Positions 12,901 to 25,800 of a stretch of DNA of 64,000 bases are shown here, one piece after another. The stretch covers positions 42,284,001 through 42,348,000 of the forward strand of contig OX597833.1 of the NCBI GenBank assembly GCA_951406725.2, in the 5' to 3' direction. The position numbers and the translations under genes are program-made. The notes below the pieces were generated by a model that worked only from the letters and a program-made list of their open reading frames with translations, was not told the DNA's origin and searched no databases. The DNA comes from Octopus vulgaris. Lineage: Eukaryota. Position 1 is the first letter of the stretch; every line of letters starts with the position of its first letter.

Positions 12901-13424
12901 AAATTTATTTTTTCGAGTTTCTCATCTCTTTTGATGCATGAAAGAAAGCATTGAAGTAATAAAATCAGTTATGACAGAGAGAACCATCAACTTTGACTGA
13001 CTGAATAAACTCTGCTCAAACATGTATCGAACACTTTTATTCCTGTTTGCACACTCAAGCTTGTGGGGTGGGGTGGGGGAATGGGCATCTGCACACATTC
13101 ATGAACATATCAAGTTGTGTTCTTTATATGAAAATCATAGAAGAGAAAGGATTCCAGGGAGATGCAATTCTGGGAGAGATGAGTTGAGTAAAGTGGAGTG
13201 GGTGTGGGGGTAACAGAGTGGTAGTGAATGCGGGTTACAGGTGAGGTAGATTTCAGTGCCAAGTATCTGTTCACAGATACATCAGATGATGTTGATATGT
13301 TTTGTTTTTATATAATTAACATCATTTGTGCTCCTGTCACATAGTTGACCTGGTCTCCAAGTTAACAAGGACCTTAAAAATGTTTGGAGTGCTTTCTTTT
13401 TATTAACTAAAACAAATATTGTTC

Positions 13425-13650
13425 ATCTGATCGTGGCCGTTTGCCAGCCTCGTCTGGCACCTGTGTAGGTGGCACGTTAAAAGCACCCACTACACTCACG
13501 GAGTGGTTGGCGTTAGGAAGGGCATCCAGCTGTAGAAACACTGCCAGATCAGACTGGGCCTGGTACAGCCTTCTGGCTTCCCAGACCCCAGTTGAACCGT
13601 CCAACCTATGCTAGCATGGAAAACGGACGTTAAGCGATGATGATGATGAT
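13425..13650 (+). mobile_element. RTE-LINE 3'UTR-derived repeat with (GAT)n tail, family C; further copies at about 10660-10900, 26250-26510, 26531-26760, 33515-33882, 37220-37752, 46685-47245, 53160-53403, 54055-54480
   Basis: GAGTGGTTGGCGTTAGGAAGGGCATCCAGCTGTAGAAAC core and GATGATGAT tail; its upstream part follows the RTE ORF end at 59330-59620. Confidence 0.8.
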
Positions 13651-14236
13651 TTAGTCATAAGTAGGTGTTATTAAGCCAATTTTATAATCAAAGGTGTTAC
13701 AACCATGATCATTCAAACTATTTGTATATTTAGGTCTACACATTATCAAAAGTAAGTTGGTACAGTGTGCTTTGAGAGAAATTTGGCAGCTTTTTCAAGC
13801 CGGTTGAACAATTGCATAAAGATTCACCTGTTGGATCTTGTTATATACTAACTACATATGTATGAATGTAAGACCTATAAGCGTTTAAATTGATAAACTC
13901 CCAGCTTGACTATCCTGTGAATCTAATAATGGTTTTGAATTATTTATGGATCAGTTCACCAGCTATAAAGTTGCTATGATGAAAGTAGGAGTATTATATT
14001 ACAAAATTGAATAGTGTTTTGTGAGATATTGGTGTTGAGATGAAAAAATAACCTCATTCATAGTAGTTATAAAAAAAACTGTCAAACCCATGCCAGCATG
14101 AAAAGCAGATGTTAAATGATGATGATGATGATTATATATATAAACAGTAAACTTCAAAAAGAAACCGGTCACCATCACCATGATGTTTTCTGATAAATTT
14201 ATATATTATACAGGTTTTTTTTCTTTTATCCTTCAG

Positions 14237-14410
14237 GTTACTGATGGTCATCCAATGACCACAACAACAGCAACAGTTCAACAAACAGGGTGTATTACAA
14301 CAACAGTTACAACACCCAGTGCCCAAACAATACATCATATCATTCCTCAATCCATTTCCATGCCACCCACTGGTTATATCATCCAAGGACAGTTTGGTCA
14401 GCAAACTGTG
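14237..14410 (+). CDS. POU2 exon b (VTDGHPMTTTTATVQQ...GYIIQGQFGQQTV)
   Basis: Polypyrimidine tract plus cttcag acceptor, GTAAGA donor, 174 nt phase 0-0, Q/T-rich like the Oct1 N-terminus. Confidence 0.8.
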
Positions 14411-14454
14411 GTAAGACATTGTCTTTTTTTTTTTTTTCTTCTACTGTAATAGAT

Positions 14455-14945
14455 ATCAGAGTGCTTGGAAGAACTGGCACTACTTTTCAGACTCTTCTAA
14501 CTCTGTATAATTGAAACTCTGACGCCTGGCAGCTGACTTGGCAGATACCCATAAAATTATCAACCATCTTACAAACAATAACTCTGAGCACCTTTTCAAA
14601 CTCCACCCGTCTAACACCTGTGGACATATTTACAAAGTCAGAAAACAGCACAGCTCCCATGACTTTAGGAAACATTTTTCACGCTGAGAGTTGCTGAAGC
14701 ATGGAACAAACTGCCGGCATCAGTTGTTAGTTGTCGGAGCACTGCATCCTTCAAAACTTCCATGCTTCCTGAGATTCGCCAACACTACACCTGATTTCCT
14801 CCCCTCCATAAACACACAAGCATGTATCTGACTCATAGACTGTTCGTTTTCCAGATATTTGTACATTTCTGCATATGCTTTATATGCACTTTCTGACAAG
14901 TTGTGGTGCACCTGAGCACTGTATACAATAATTTCTTTATTATAA
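14455..14945 (+). mobile_element. CR1-clade LINE 3' fragment; second copy at 48822-49200
   Basis: Translates to ...GHIYKVRKQHSSHDFRKHF..LRVAEAWNKLPASVVSCRSTASFK (CR1 ORF2 C-terminus RxxFFxxRVxxxWNxLP); closely similar copy at 48822-49200 with (ATT)n tail. Confidence 0.85.
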
Positions 14946-17900
14946 TGACTAATGAACTGGTGTTCATTTAAAATTAATTTGTTGATTGGATGATGATTTG
15001 GGAACTACAGAGATATTTAAACAGATCAAAGAATAGAACAACACATGTGTGTATGTGTGTGTCTGTCTGTTTGTCTCTCTCACATTGATGCAGCCACTAC
15101 ACATATCAAGGAAACAATGTTCTACATCATGCTTTCTTCCCTTGAATAGCATCCATTTACTTAAAACCTTCAAAGTTACTACAATATTTAGTGAGTTCTC
15201 CTTGTGACCTTCACACACATGACATACCTGAAACTGTACTCCAGAGTCTAACTTGCTCTTCAGAGCCAGGTCTGATAATTTGCTGACCTCTACAAAGCTC
15301 AGGTAAGACTCACAATAATGTTGGTGCTCCACATGTGTGCATCCACACACACACACTCACATTGGTAAATTCATTCACCAATATACTTCAAGTTCCCCTC
15401 TTGCCAACAGACTTGCTGAATCCACCTTTTGCACTCCACTCAAGTACACCATCTCTCCTCTCAACAGCTATTCTGTGCCCTAAACCCTGGCCCTGTACTA
15501 ACCACTATATTCAAGCCTTCCTCCCTTGAAAATATACTCCCTAGAATTCCCTCCTTACTCATAACTCTCTTGTGGATATTGAACTTTAGATGTTCAAGTT
15601 GAGCATGAATCATGTCAATTCTGTCAATCTGGGATGACCTGTGAATATCATGCATACTGATCCCTCCTCTTGACTAAACTATAAAATATGCAAAAAGATG
15701 AGCAAACTAGTAAACCAACATTTCTCTGCTCGCGTTGTTTCCTTGGGGTGTTTACCTCAACAGTTTAAACAAAGCATTAACAACATCAAGATCACTGGTG
15801 TTAGAGGACTTACAAAGGTCATGAGCACTGCCACTTCCTCCTAACTCAGCAAGTAAAAACCATAAAAAGAACAGAAAGATATTTTGATATCAAAATCTGG
15901 TTACTGCTGTAACCAACAACAGAATTTCCATGTTGAAATATTTCAAATCCATCATCTTAATAGTTATATTGCACCATGTCTTCTTGATGGGAAGTTCCAC
16001 ACAACAACACTTGTGTGCTGTCTGAAGGTAAGCTCTACAGGTGGTATCAAAAATAGTTTAATTGGTCAAAATATTTAAGAGGTATCTTCAAAGCCTTGTG
16101 AGAGGATTTGGTAGATGAAAACTAAAAAGAAGTCTGTCGTATTTATTATGTGCACATGTGTTTGTGTATCTTTGTCTTGACATTGTGTTAGTTGTAAGCA
16201 AATGTCACTGGCATACAAATGGTGTCATTTGTTTCCAGTCTTCCGTGAATACATGTTCGACCATGAGGAATATATATTTTATGTGGAATCAGGTGAGGGC
16301 CATCCGACCACTACCACAACAACAAATTACATCAGCAAGATCGTTGAAGTGTTCTTCTTCATCTCTACAAGGATGCTACAAATTGCCCTGTATGTGAAAT
16401 GGCAGCAACATATGACAACCTTTATGGAGGCCTGCCGAAAGTTAGCAAAAAGATCAGGCAAAGATAGTTGCATCTGTCTGGTCACTGCATGCACCACTCT
16501 GAACTGGAAGTATCCAAATTAGTCTTATGGAACCCTCTTCATGGTAATGTAAGAAGAGGAAAATTTTGTCACTCTTAGATTGACAACTTGATTGAAGACA
16601 CTCACCTGGAATGTATCCGGAACCTTGGGGCAGTGATGATAGACCAAGAATTGTGGTGGGTGGACTTTATTGCTGTGGCCCAGGTTGGAACCTGGCCATA
16701 ATAATAAATAATTGAGTATGGAAAATCTGTTCCAACAAACTCCATCTGACCCATGCAGGCATGGAGAAGTTTATGTTAAAAAAGATTATGATGATGATGA
16801 TGATGAGGAGGATGACGACTCTGCACACATACCTCACCAGACACATTGACAAACAATTACATGCACATCATCAAAACTAAGAAGGGATCTCTTCATGTGC
16901 TTTAAATTAGTGCTTTTGGAAAATTGAGAGGAATAAAATAAATACCAAACTGAAATAAGTACTGTGTCAGTATGATTAACTGAAAAACTTAAAGGCAGTG
17001 CTCTATTGTGGTAGCAGTCCAATGTTTCATACTAGTAAAAGAATAAGTGAATATAAACACAGACATATAAATATACAACTAACTCAATGAAAGAGATGTT
17101 ATGTTACCAGTGCTTAGCTCTGGTTTCATTATATTAAGTGGATAAAGGATAAATATTTTCCTTCTGTATCGGAAACCTGTCTCCTACAGGTCACATTCTC
17201 AATTGACTTTGTACCTGTTTCTGGCAGGTAAGTGAATAATGGATAATGTTGTACAAAATGTTCTTGAATTCACAATATTTGAGCAGTTAATTTAACACCC
17301 TATCCACTCAGGCTTTAAATTTTGCTCAGACTCGACAATAGCATTCAGCTGTGAGCTTTTAATTTTTTATTCAGATTCAGTGTGTTTTGGATTAGGCTAT
17401 CCAAAGCAATATGGTTTGATTTGACAGAAATTTGGCTGATATTTTTATCAGGTTATTTGACCACATAGTAGCTCTTTTGTTGGCTTTAGTTCGGTTTCTA
17501 ACCAGGACACATAATTCTAAGTGCTTTATCTACCCTAGCTCTTTAAAGCAAGCTCCAGACATTTTGCAGCAAAGTTCTGAAGTTCCAATCACTGATCACC
17601 TATTGCCTCCCCAACCTCCTTTCTATAGGATTAATATTGATTTTTAGGATATTGAACTATTTGATTTTTCTTCTCTTTTTAGATCCTTATAAATGTTATT
17701 TTATTTCACTTCTAATTGCTGATATTCTAGTTCTACCTCCATCTGCTGTTACAATTGATAGAGTATCCAAATAAATCTTTTTTAACATTTAATTACATCA
17801 TTTTAAATTCTAAATTTGAATTCTGCAATTATCAACTTTGCATTTAATCCTTCCAGAGTGTATAAAAATAAAATAAGTACCAGTGAAGTATTTGGGGTCA

Positions 17901-18668
17901 ATATAATTAACTAGACCTCTCTTTTAGAATTTTAGCTTATTATTATTGGAAGGGGCACTTGCTCTTGGTGTTCAAGGAGATCTCAGACAGTGGAGTTCCT
18001 TGATTATTCCTAGAGGTCATCCTGTATCAGAAGAGCTGCATCTCTATCACTCCCACCATTAAAACAAAATTTTTTAAACTTTGAATACTATGAATATTTC
18101 CTTTCCTTTTCATTGTGTACTGTGTATACCTATCCTCCACCTATTATTTTTATTTTATCATTTCATTATATGTAGATCCCAACATTTTGTGTCTGTCTTT
18201 GTATTTTCCCCCCTCATCTGCCCTGGTGGCAAATGAAATCATCATCATCATCATCATCACCATCACCATCATCATCTCCCCTCCTCCCCTCCTTCCTCTC
18301 CTCCTTTATTATTATTATTATTATTATTTTTGCTGCAGTGAGCTGGCAGAATCATTAGCACACTGGGTGAAATGCTTAGCAGTATTTCACCTGTCGCCAC
18401 GTTCTGAGTTCAAATTCACTGAGGTCATCTTAACCTTTCATCCTTTCAGGGTCGATAAATTAAGTACCAGTGAAACACTGGGGTTGATGTAATTGACTAG
18501 TCCCCTCCTGCCCAAGTTTGAAGCCTTGTGCCTCAAGTAGAAAGGATTATTATTATCATCATTATTATTATTATTATTATCATTATTATTATTATTATTT
18601 ATATATTTATTTATTTATTTATTATTATTATTATTATTTAACTATTAACTATTTAATTTGTTTGCCAG

Positions 18669-18899
18669 ATCCCCATTTCTGCTAATCTGTCCTCTGGACT
18701 TTCCCTCTCAACTCATGATCTTCAGCAACTTCATCAGCAACTTCAGCAACAACTTCAACACCAACAGCAACTTCAGCAGCAACATCAGGCAGCAGCCAAT
18801 GTTGTACAGGCAGCCTTATTACAACAGCAACAACAACAGCAGCAGCAACAACAGCAACAATCTCCGACAGTGGCTTCTGTGGTTACGCAAGCATGTCAG
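18669..18899 (+). CDS. POU2 exon c, polyQ (IPISANLSSGLSLSTHDLQQLHQQLQ...QQQQSPTVASVVTQACQ)
   Basis: tttgccag acceptor, 231 nt phase 0-0, mixed CAA/CAG glutamine codons, GTTAAT donor. Confidence 0.8.
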
Positions 18900-20151
18900 G
18901 TTAATTCAGTTCAGTTTTTTCTATTTTTGTAAATTTTTTTTTAATTTCAATTTCTGAAATTACAAATTTTGAAATTACATATTAGGAAAACTAAGATATT
19001 TTCATAAACTGGATTTTAATCAAAATGAATGTATTTTTTTAAAAAATCAAACTGAAAGTGAGATTTAAGCTTAGATTAAAATTTAATTTAAAAGAACAAG
19101 AATCTACCTCCACAAAAATGAAGTCAGGTAAGAAATAAAAAATAAAAAAAATGAAGCATGAATTTATGCTTAAATCATATTTTAAAGATGTTCAAAGTTT
19201 TTAAAGGCTGTAACCACAGTACCTGAGTATCTATACCAAGTAAAGAAGTAATGAGTCAATGATGACTCCTTGAGCTGTTTGACTTCAAGTAACCAACAGG
19301 TATACATTTTCAGTTAAGAAGGCTTATTTTACAGCCACTTGCTTCTCAGTTTCAAAGCACTAGGTGAAATCTTGCGCATGGTGCTTCTACCATAATTGTT
19401 TTGCACCAAAATATATAAACATTTCCTTCTCCTTAAAATGCAGTTGTTCTGTGATTGGCTCTGTGGTTATTTGTAGTCAACAGCAATATTCTTCACCAGT
19501 CTACTCTGTTGAGTGGTTGGTGTTAGGAAGGGCATCCAGCTGTAAAAATCCTGCCAAAACAGTCACAGAAGTCTGGTGCAGGTTTCAGCCTCATCGGCTC
19601 TTGTGAAATTGTCCCACCCCATGCTAGCATGGAAGGCGGATGTTAAACGATAATGATGATAATGATGAAAAATTGTGATATACAAATGAATTAAATAAAT
19701 GAAAAAGCCTCTTGTTCGCAAATGCACGTAATAATTCAACAAACCTATATGAAAGGAAAAAAAATTGAGAGCTCAGCTCCTCCAGATAGTCACCTGAACA
19801 AATGCTATTTAAAAGTAATGTAAACATTTCACCATTGAATCTCAGTTCATTCATCACCAAAGAAATATAAATTCAAAATTCATGTTCATATTTTTTAAGC
19901 ATAAAACAGGCTATGACATAAAAACCATGTTTGTAATACTTGATATTTGGTAAGGTATGAAGTTTCTTTGCTTTCCTTAGGATTCATGTATTAATAATTC
20001 TAAATTCTTTCCAGCAAGACTTGTCACAATCCTCTGGTCTGTGTTGCCAATTGTCTGCCATTTAATTCTAGTTATATGAAATAGTATGCAGCAATGAGCC
20101 AATGGGGGAATCATTTACATGGTGACTCAACAGCTAGATATAGTAGTATGT

Positions 20152-20542
20152 GATCTCTCTAAAGAAAGCTGACCAGAAGAGAATTAATGCATTCGAGCTT
20201 TGGTGTTGGAGAAGACTTTTACGGATTCCATGGACAGCAAGGCTCACCAATGGAGAAGTTCTTAAGCAGATCAGGCCAAAAATGTCGCTAGAAGCTAGGA
20301 TTACCAAGCATAGATTGGCATATTTCGGTCATATTATGCGGAGAAAATCCCTGGAGAAGGACATCATGCTCGGAATGATCAATGGCAAGAGAGGAAGAGA
20401 CCGACCAAGAACCCGCTGGCTTGACACCATCAAGAGTGATAACGGAATGGACATAGCCAATCTGAAAGAAGCGGCCCAGGATAGAACTGACTGGAGGACA
20501 CTGATCTAACGAGTAACTGAGAGTCGACTTCGACTGAGCGGT

Positions 20543-20575
<33 letters not shown>

Positions 20576-20584
20576 CTCTCTAAA
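20152..20584 (+). mobile_element. 5'-truncated RTE (BovB-like) LINE with (GATA)n tail and 12-bp target-site duplication
   Basis: Open ORF RINAFELWCWRRLLRIPWTAR...LAYFGHIMRR...GRDRPRTRWLD...DRTDWR; GATCTCTCTAAA at both 20152-20163 and 20573-20584. Confidence 0.9.
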
Positions 20585-21767
20585 ATCACACCCTGTTTTA
20601 TTTGATGATATAGTCCTGCATACTCTTAAAAAGACAGGATGCCCACAGCTAGAATGCATCTTATTAACAGATCCACTCAATGAAACTGGTGTGAGGTTAA
20701 ACAACAACTACACAGTGTACTCAATCTCTAACTTTAGGACATTATATACATAGTTTTTTTTTTTTTTTTTCCAGGTTTTTTCAGTCTAATTCTTATTCTT
20801 TTGTTAAAATAAATATAAATGATATTTGCTTCCCAACTACATGGTTTCGAGTTCAGTCCCACTGCATGGCACATTAGGCAAGTGTCTTTAACTATAGCCT
20901 TGTGCTGACCAAAACCATGTGAGTGCATTTGGTAGATGGAAACTGAAAGAAGCCTGTTGCATGCACACACACAGACGTGTGTGTGTGTGTGTGTTCTTGT
21001 CTTGGAGCAGTGTGATGATTCACAATTATCATGCTACGTAAATTATTGTTTTAAGGGTTGGTGACAGAAAGGGCATCTGCAAGCATGTGAAGTGGATGTT
21101 AAAAACAATGATGATATGATGCTAGTCACATCATCATCATCATCAATTATTTTATCTCTCAAATGGTGATCTAAGGGCACCATTTGGGTGTTGTGTTATG
21201 TGATTAATATCTTAATTTTTTTTTTATATTAATTTTTTCTTAGTGTTTCAACATTTCAATGTATTGGCTAACTTAATCTCTTTAATATTTAATATTACTT
21301 AGGTGGTAAGTTAGCAGAAATGTAAGCATGTTGGACAGAATGTTTAGCAGTATTTCATTTGTCTTTACATTCTGAGTTCAAATTCTGCTGAGGTCGACTT
21401 TACCTTTCATCCTTCCCGGGTCGATGAAATAAGTACCAGTTGAGTACTGGGGTTGATGTAATTGACTTATCTCCTCTCCTGAAATTGCTGTCCTCCTGCC
21501 AAAATTTGAAATCAATATTCAATTTTATTAAAGCAGCGAGTTGGCAGACTCATTAGCACACCAAACAAAATGCATAGCAGCATTTTGTTTGTCATTAGGT
21601 TCTGAGTTAAAATTCTGCCAAGATCAACTTAGCTTTTCATCCCTTTCAGAGTTGATAAAATAAGCACCAGTTGAGCACTGGGGTCGATGTAATCAACTTA
21701 TGCCTGCCCCTGAAATTGCTGGTGTTGTGCCGAAATTTGAAACCAATATTAAATATTACTTGAAAAT

Positions 21768-22193
21768 AGGTGCAGGAGTGGCTGTGTGGTAAGTAGCTTG
21801 CTTACCAACCACATGGTTCTGGGTTCAGTCCCACTGCGTGGCACTTTGGGCATGTGTGTTCTACTATAGCCTCGGGCCGACCAAAGCCTTGTAAGTGGAT
21901 TTGGTAGACGGAAACTGAAAGAAGCCCGTCGTATATATGTATTTATATGTATATGTGTACATGTGTGTATATGTTTGTGTGTGTCTGTGTTTGTCCCCCC
22001 AACATCGCTTGACAACCGATGTTGGTGTGTTTACGTCCCTGTAACTTAGCGGTTCCGGCAAAAGAGACCAGTAGAATAAGTACTAGGCATACAAAGAATA
22101 AGTCCTGGGGTCGATTTGCTCGACTAAAGGCAGTGCTCCAGCATGGTCACAGTCAAATGACTGAAACAGTAAAAGAAATAAAAGGGTAAAGAG
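21768..22193 (+). mobile_element. SINE family A, full length
   Basis: Complete head, (TA/TG)n core and tail. Confidence 0.9.
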
Positions 22194-22250
22194 TATATTT
22201 CTTACAATCCTTCTTCATTTATATAACTGTTTACATTTTCTGTTGAACAG

Positions 22251-22484
22251 ATTACACAGCAGCCACAGCCACAACGTGTGCAAGCAGCTCCAGTGCAAAC
22301 TTCTCCAATTGTACCTAAAGCTCAAACGCAAGTTACGTATTCTACAGCTTCCACAGCACCTCAGGTTGTGACTCCTACTACTCCGCAGCAAACAACTCCA
22401 TACCAAGGAATGCAGCAGTTCGTTCTGGTCAATCCTGCCCAGCTACCTTCAAGCTTACAACCACAATTCATTTTACAGAATTCG
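22251..22484 (+). CDS. POU2 exon d with conserved Oct1-type QQFVLV..QPQFI motif
   Basis: gaacag acceptor, GTAACC donor, 234 nt phase 0-0; MQQFVLVNPAQLPSSLQPQFILQ resembles vertebrate POU2F1 QQFVLVHP...QPAQFII. Confidence 0.88.
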
Positions 22485-23479
22485 GTAACCTTATCAGAAC
22501 TTTTACATTCTTATCTTTTATTGTTTACTTGTTTCAGACATTGGACTGCAGTCATGCTGGGTTCAGTCAAACAAATCAACCCCAGTACATGCACACAGAG
22601 TTTCTGTCTACCAAATTCACTCACAAGGCATTAGTTAGCTTGCAGTTATAATGCAAAATACTTAAGGCACCCCACAGTGGGACTGAACCTGAAAGTACAT
22701 GGTTGCACAGTGAACTTCTTAACCACACAACTATGCCTGTAGCTCAGAAAAATGTTACCTCAAAACTAGAGCTAACAGTTATGGCTGTTTGTCCTTGAAA
22801 CAGTTTCAAGTATATCTACCCATGTAATTCCCATCAGGAGGGGTAAAATAGGTCTTAAATTAAGTCATTACTAGGGGTGATGAGCAGGCTTCCTATTGAA
22901 GCTTTATGTTGAGAAACAATGTTAGAAAACATCCTGTGTTTGAAGCCATATTTCAGTACCCATCATCATCATCGTCATCGTTTTTACGTCCACTTTCTAT
23001 GCTGGCATGGGTTGCACGATTTGACTGAGGACTGGTGAACCAGATGGCTGCACCAGGCTCCAATCTTGATCTGGCAGAGTTTCTACGGTTGGATGCCCTT
23101 TCTAACCCATATTTCTATATATTTCAGCCTCAATTATACTGGGGTTCTAAGTAAAAATCACATCTCATCAGCCAACTGAAATTGAAACTTTGCTATGTGG
23201 TAAGAAATTTGCTTCCCAACCACATGGTTCCGGATTCAGTCCTACTGCATGGCACTTTGAGCAAGTGTCTTCTGCTATAGCCCTGAGCTGACCAAAGCCT
23301 TGGAAGTGGATTTGGTAGATGAAAACTAACAGAAGCCTGTCATGTGTGTGTGTATGTGTGTATATATGTGTGTATATATGTATATATATATATATATATG
23401 TATGTATATGTATATTTATATTTATCATCATAATTTAACGTCCATTTTCCATGCTGGCATGGGTTGGAATATATATATA

Positions 23480-23670
23480 TTCGCCATGATAGATCGCTAG
23501 CCACTACACAGTTTTTATTTTCTCACCTTGTTTCTTTCTGTATTTCTTTCTGTGGAAGAGCGTAGGCTTGAAACGTTAAAAGACTTTTTCACTTCCCGAG
23601 CGTTATACTAATACATCTGTTTGTTGTCTAAAACACCTGTCTTCATCTTTAATTTTTTTCTGAATTCTTC

Positions 23671-23675
<5 letters not shown>
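23480..23675 (+). mobile_element. Second copy of the short PLE terminal element between (TA)n tracts
   Basis: Homologous to 3165-3380; TCTTT-CTGTGGA-A-GAGC-GTAG-GCTT-GAAAC-GTT-AAAAGA. Confidence 0.6.
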
Positions 23676-23708
<33 letters not shown>

Positions 23709-23730
23709 AGAGAGAGCAAAGATTATTTGC

Positions 23731-23945
23731 CAACATAAGGTGCCAGTTCTACCCAGAACCATGTTATTACCTTTTAACCCCAGGAAAGCATCTTTCTCAG
23801 GTGGTTATTGGCACACAACCTGTGTCTGATATATTGTGAGTAATATATCAAACACAAGTTGCGTGTTGATACCTGCTGGGAAAGATGTTTTCCTGGGGTT
23901 AAAAGGTAATAACATAGTTCTGCATAGAACTGCCACCTTATGTTG
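23731..23945. repeat. Imperfect inverted repeat, ~105-bp arms, 6-nt spacer
   Basis: CAACATAAGGTG...TGATATATT gtgagt AATATATCA...CACCTTATGTTG. Confidence 0.85.
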
Positions 23946-23999
23946 ACAATATAACTTTACTGTTCAGTAATGTTACGACTTAAATCTCATATAGAGATT

Positions 24000-25800
24000 T
24001 TAAAACTAGCCATATACATAAAATATTCACGGGTGTCTGATAATCGGTTACATAAAACTATCACAGTTTGTTGTTTTTCAGCTTCAGTAATACACACACA
24101 AAATGATATTAGTGATTACATGGTTTTATTCGAAGTTTCTAGTCTACAAATTATAATTTTCGATCTTGTTCAGAGTTTTCAGGAATGTATGGTTAAGTTA
24201 GATATATCAGAAGGGCCATAACTCATTCTATACCAATCTTGATTGTTAGGAGGGAGTTATTTCCCTTGGTTTGGTTTAACCGACGGGCATAATGGATATA
24301 TTACATACGACTTGATTAGTGGTATAGGGGAATTTTAAGCTACTTGTTATCGGGTACTGAGTTTAGAACATTTAAATGGAAGTTATGAGTGTTAAAGAAT
24401 TTATTGCTGTATATCATAGAAATTTACCAGCGGAGTACATGTAAATAACTGCTGCTTAAGTGTAAGCAAGAAGTATCTCATATGGGATTAAAAGCGAGGA
24501 GAGACTAAAGTTTAATTGCACATGATAAATAGTTATGTATTAATCCTTCCAAGTAATTGGTGAAAAACGTCTAAGCTGACATTTAAATAATCTAGAGTCA
24601 TTGAGTTTCTTTGAGTATGAGGTTGTTTTCATTTATGCTTAACTTGCAGGTTTTTGTTGCATTTTTTTGTGGCTACCATAGTTTAAGGATCATCGACTTG
24701 ATGTTGAATGCAGTTGCATGTTCTTTCAAAGTTCAATTATAACTGGATAATTTTGTTGCCTCTCTCATCTCTATATTGCTGAAGGTAGAAGTGCGAAGTA
24801 TTGTTTAAATTTTCTTCCCACCTTACTTACTTAGTGTTTACACATGCTACACAGATTTCCATCGTCTGTGATTAGATTGGTAATAATATCAAAGAAATTT
24901 ACAGTATTTAAGTAAGTGGTAATAGCTATTTTTCAGACCAGAATATAGATGGTAGTTAGGTCTTTCCTAATTGCATCAGACATGTATCTTTTAGCTTCTG
25001 CCATATAGCTAACATATCATTTTTATTGTAGTGAATAGGATTACATGTCTCTATTAAACTACTTAATACTGATATTGAATGAACTTGTGGAAGTCTGATT
25101 ATATTAACTGAAGCAGAATGTTTGTTGAAGAGTAGGATTTTTCTTGTATACATGATGATATTGAAATCATTATTATCTATGTATCTTAATGAAAACTAGA
25201 GTGTTGATGAATAGAGGTTTCAAGATTAGGGGATAAGATTTGACAATATAACATTAAGTAAACTTGGTGTCATTTTGATTATTATTATTATTAAACCTGC
25301 TTAGGACTCCAGTGCTGATATTTCTGTACTGGCGGTTGGTTAACTTCTTACATTTCCTTTTAATTATTGCATAAGATTTTCTTAATAATTAACCTGACCT
25401 TGGTTTTTGTGGGATTAATTATTGGAAACAAAATTCACTGTATGGCCCTTGAGTGTGATGTACATTTCTATTTAGCTAAACATTCTAATCAGTTGTTTAA
25501 TTTAAGGTTATGAACTATATTTTTGCTTCAGTATTTTTATTATTGCAAATCTGCTTAACCTTTTCCCCTAGTTTTGATTAATGCTTTTATTTAGGAGTTG
25601 GTTAATGTTTCAAGCATCATTAAAAAACCTTTTTCTTTAATTTCTTAAAGTTTTAAGTAACAGATTCAAGTTTGTTTTTTAAAGTATTAGTTTACTTATG
25701 GAAATTTATGTGGGCTATCATATCTAAGAAGTCCTTGATTCTTGTGGGCAATTAAGTGTCTATACATCGTAGTAGTAGACAGGTGTGTCTATGATCTGAG
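24000..25800 (-). pseudogene. Probable very degenerate Penelope-like RT remnant
   Basis: Weak remnants on the minus strand (TRKILLFNK, a TDDG resembling YRDDG, DYLNVSL), adjacent to an inverted repeat; boundaries uncertain. Confidence 0.35.
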
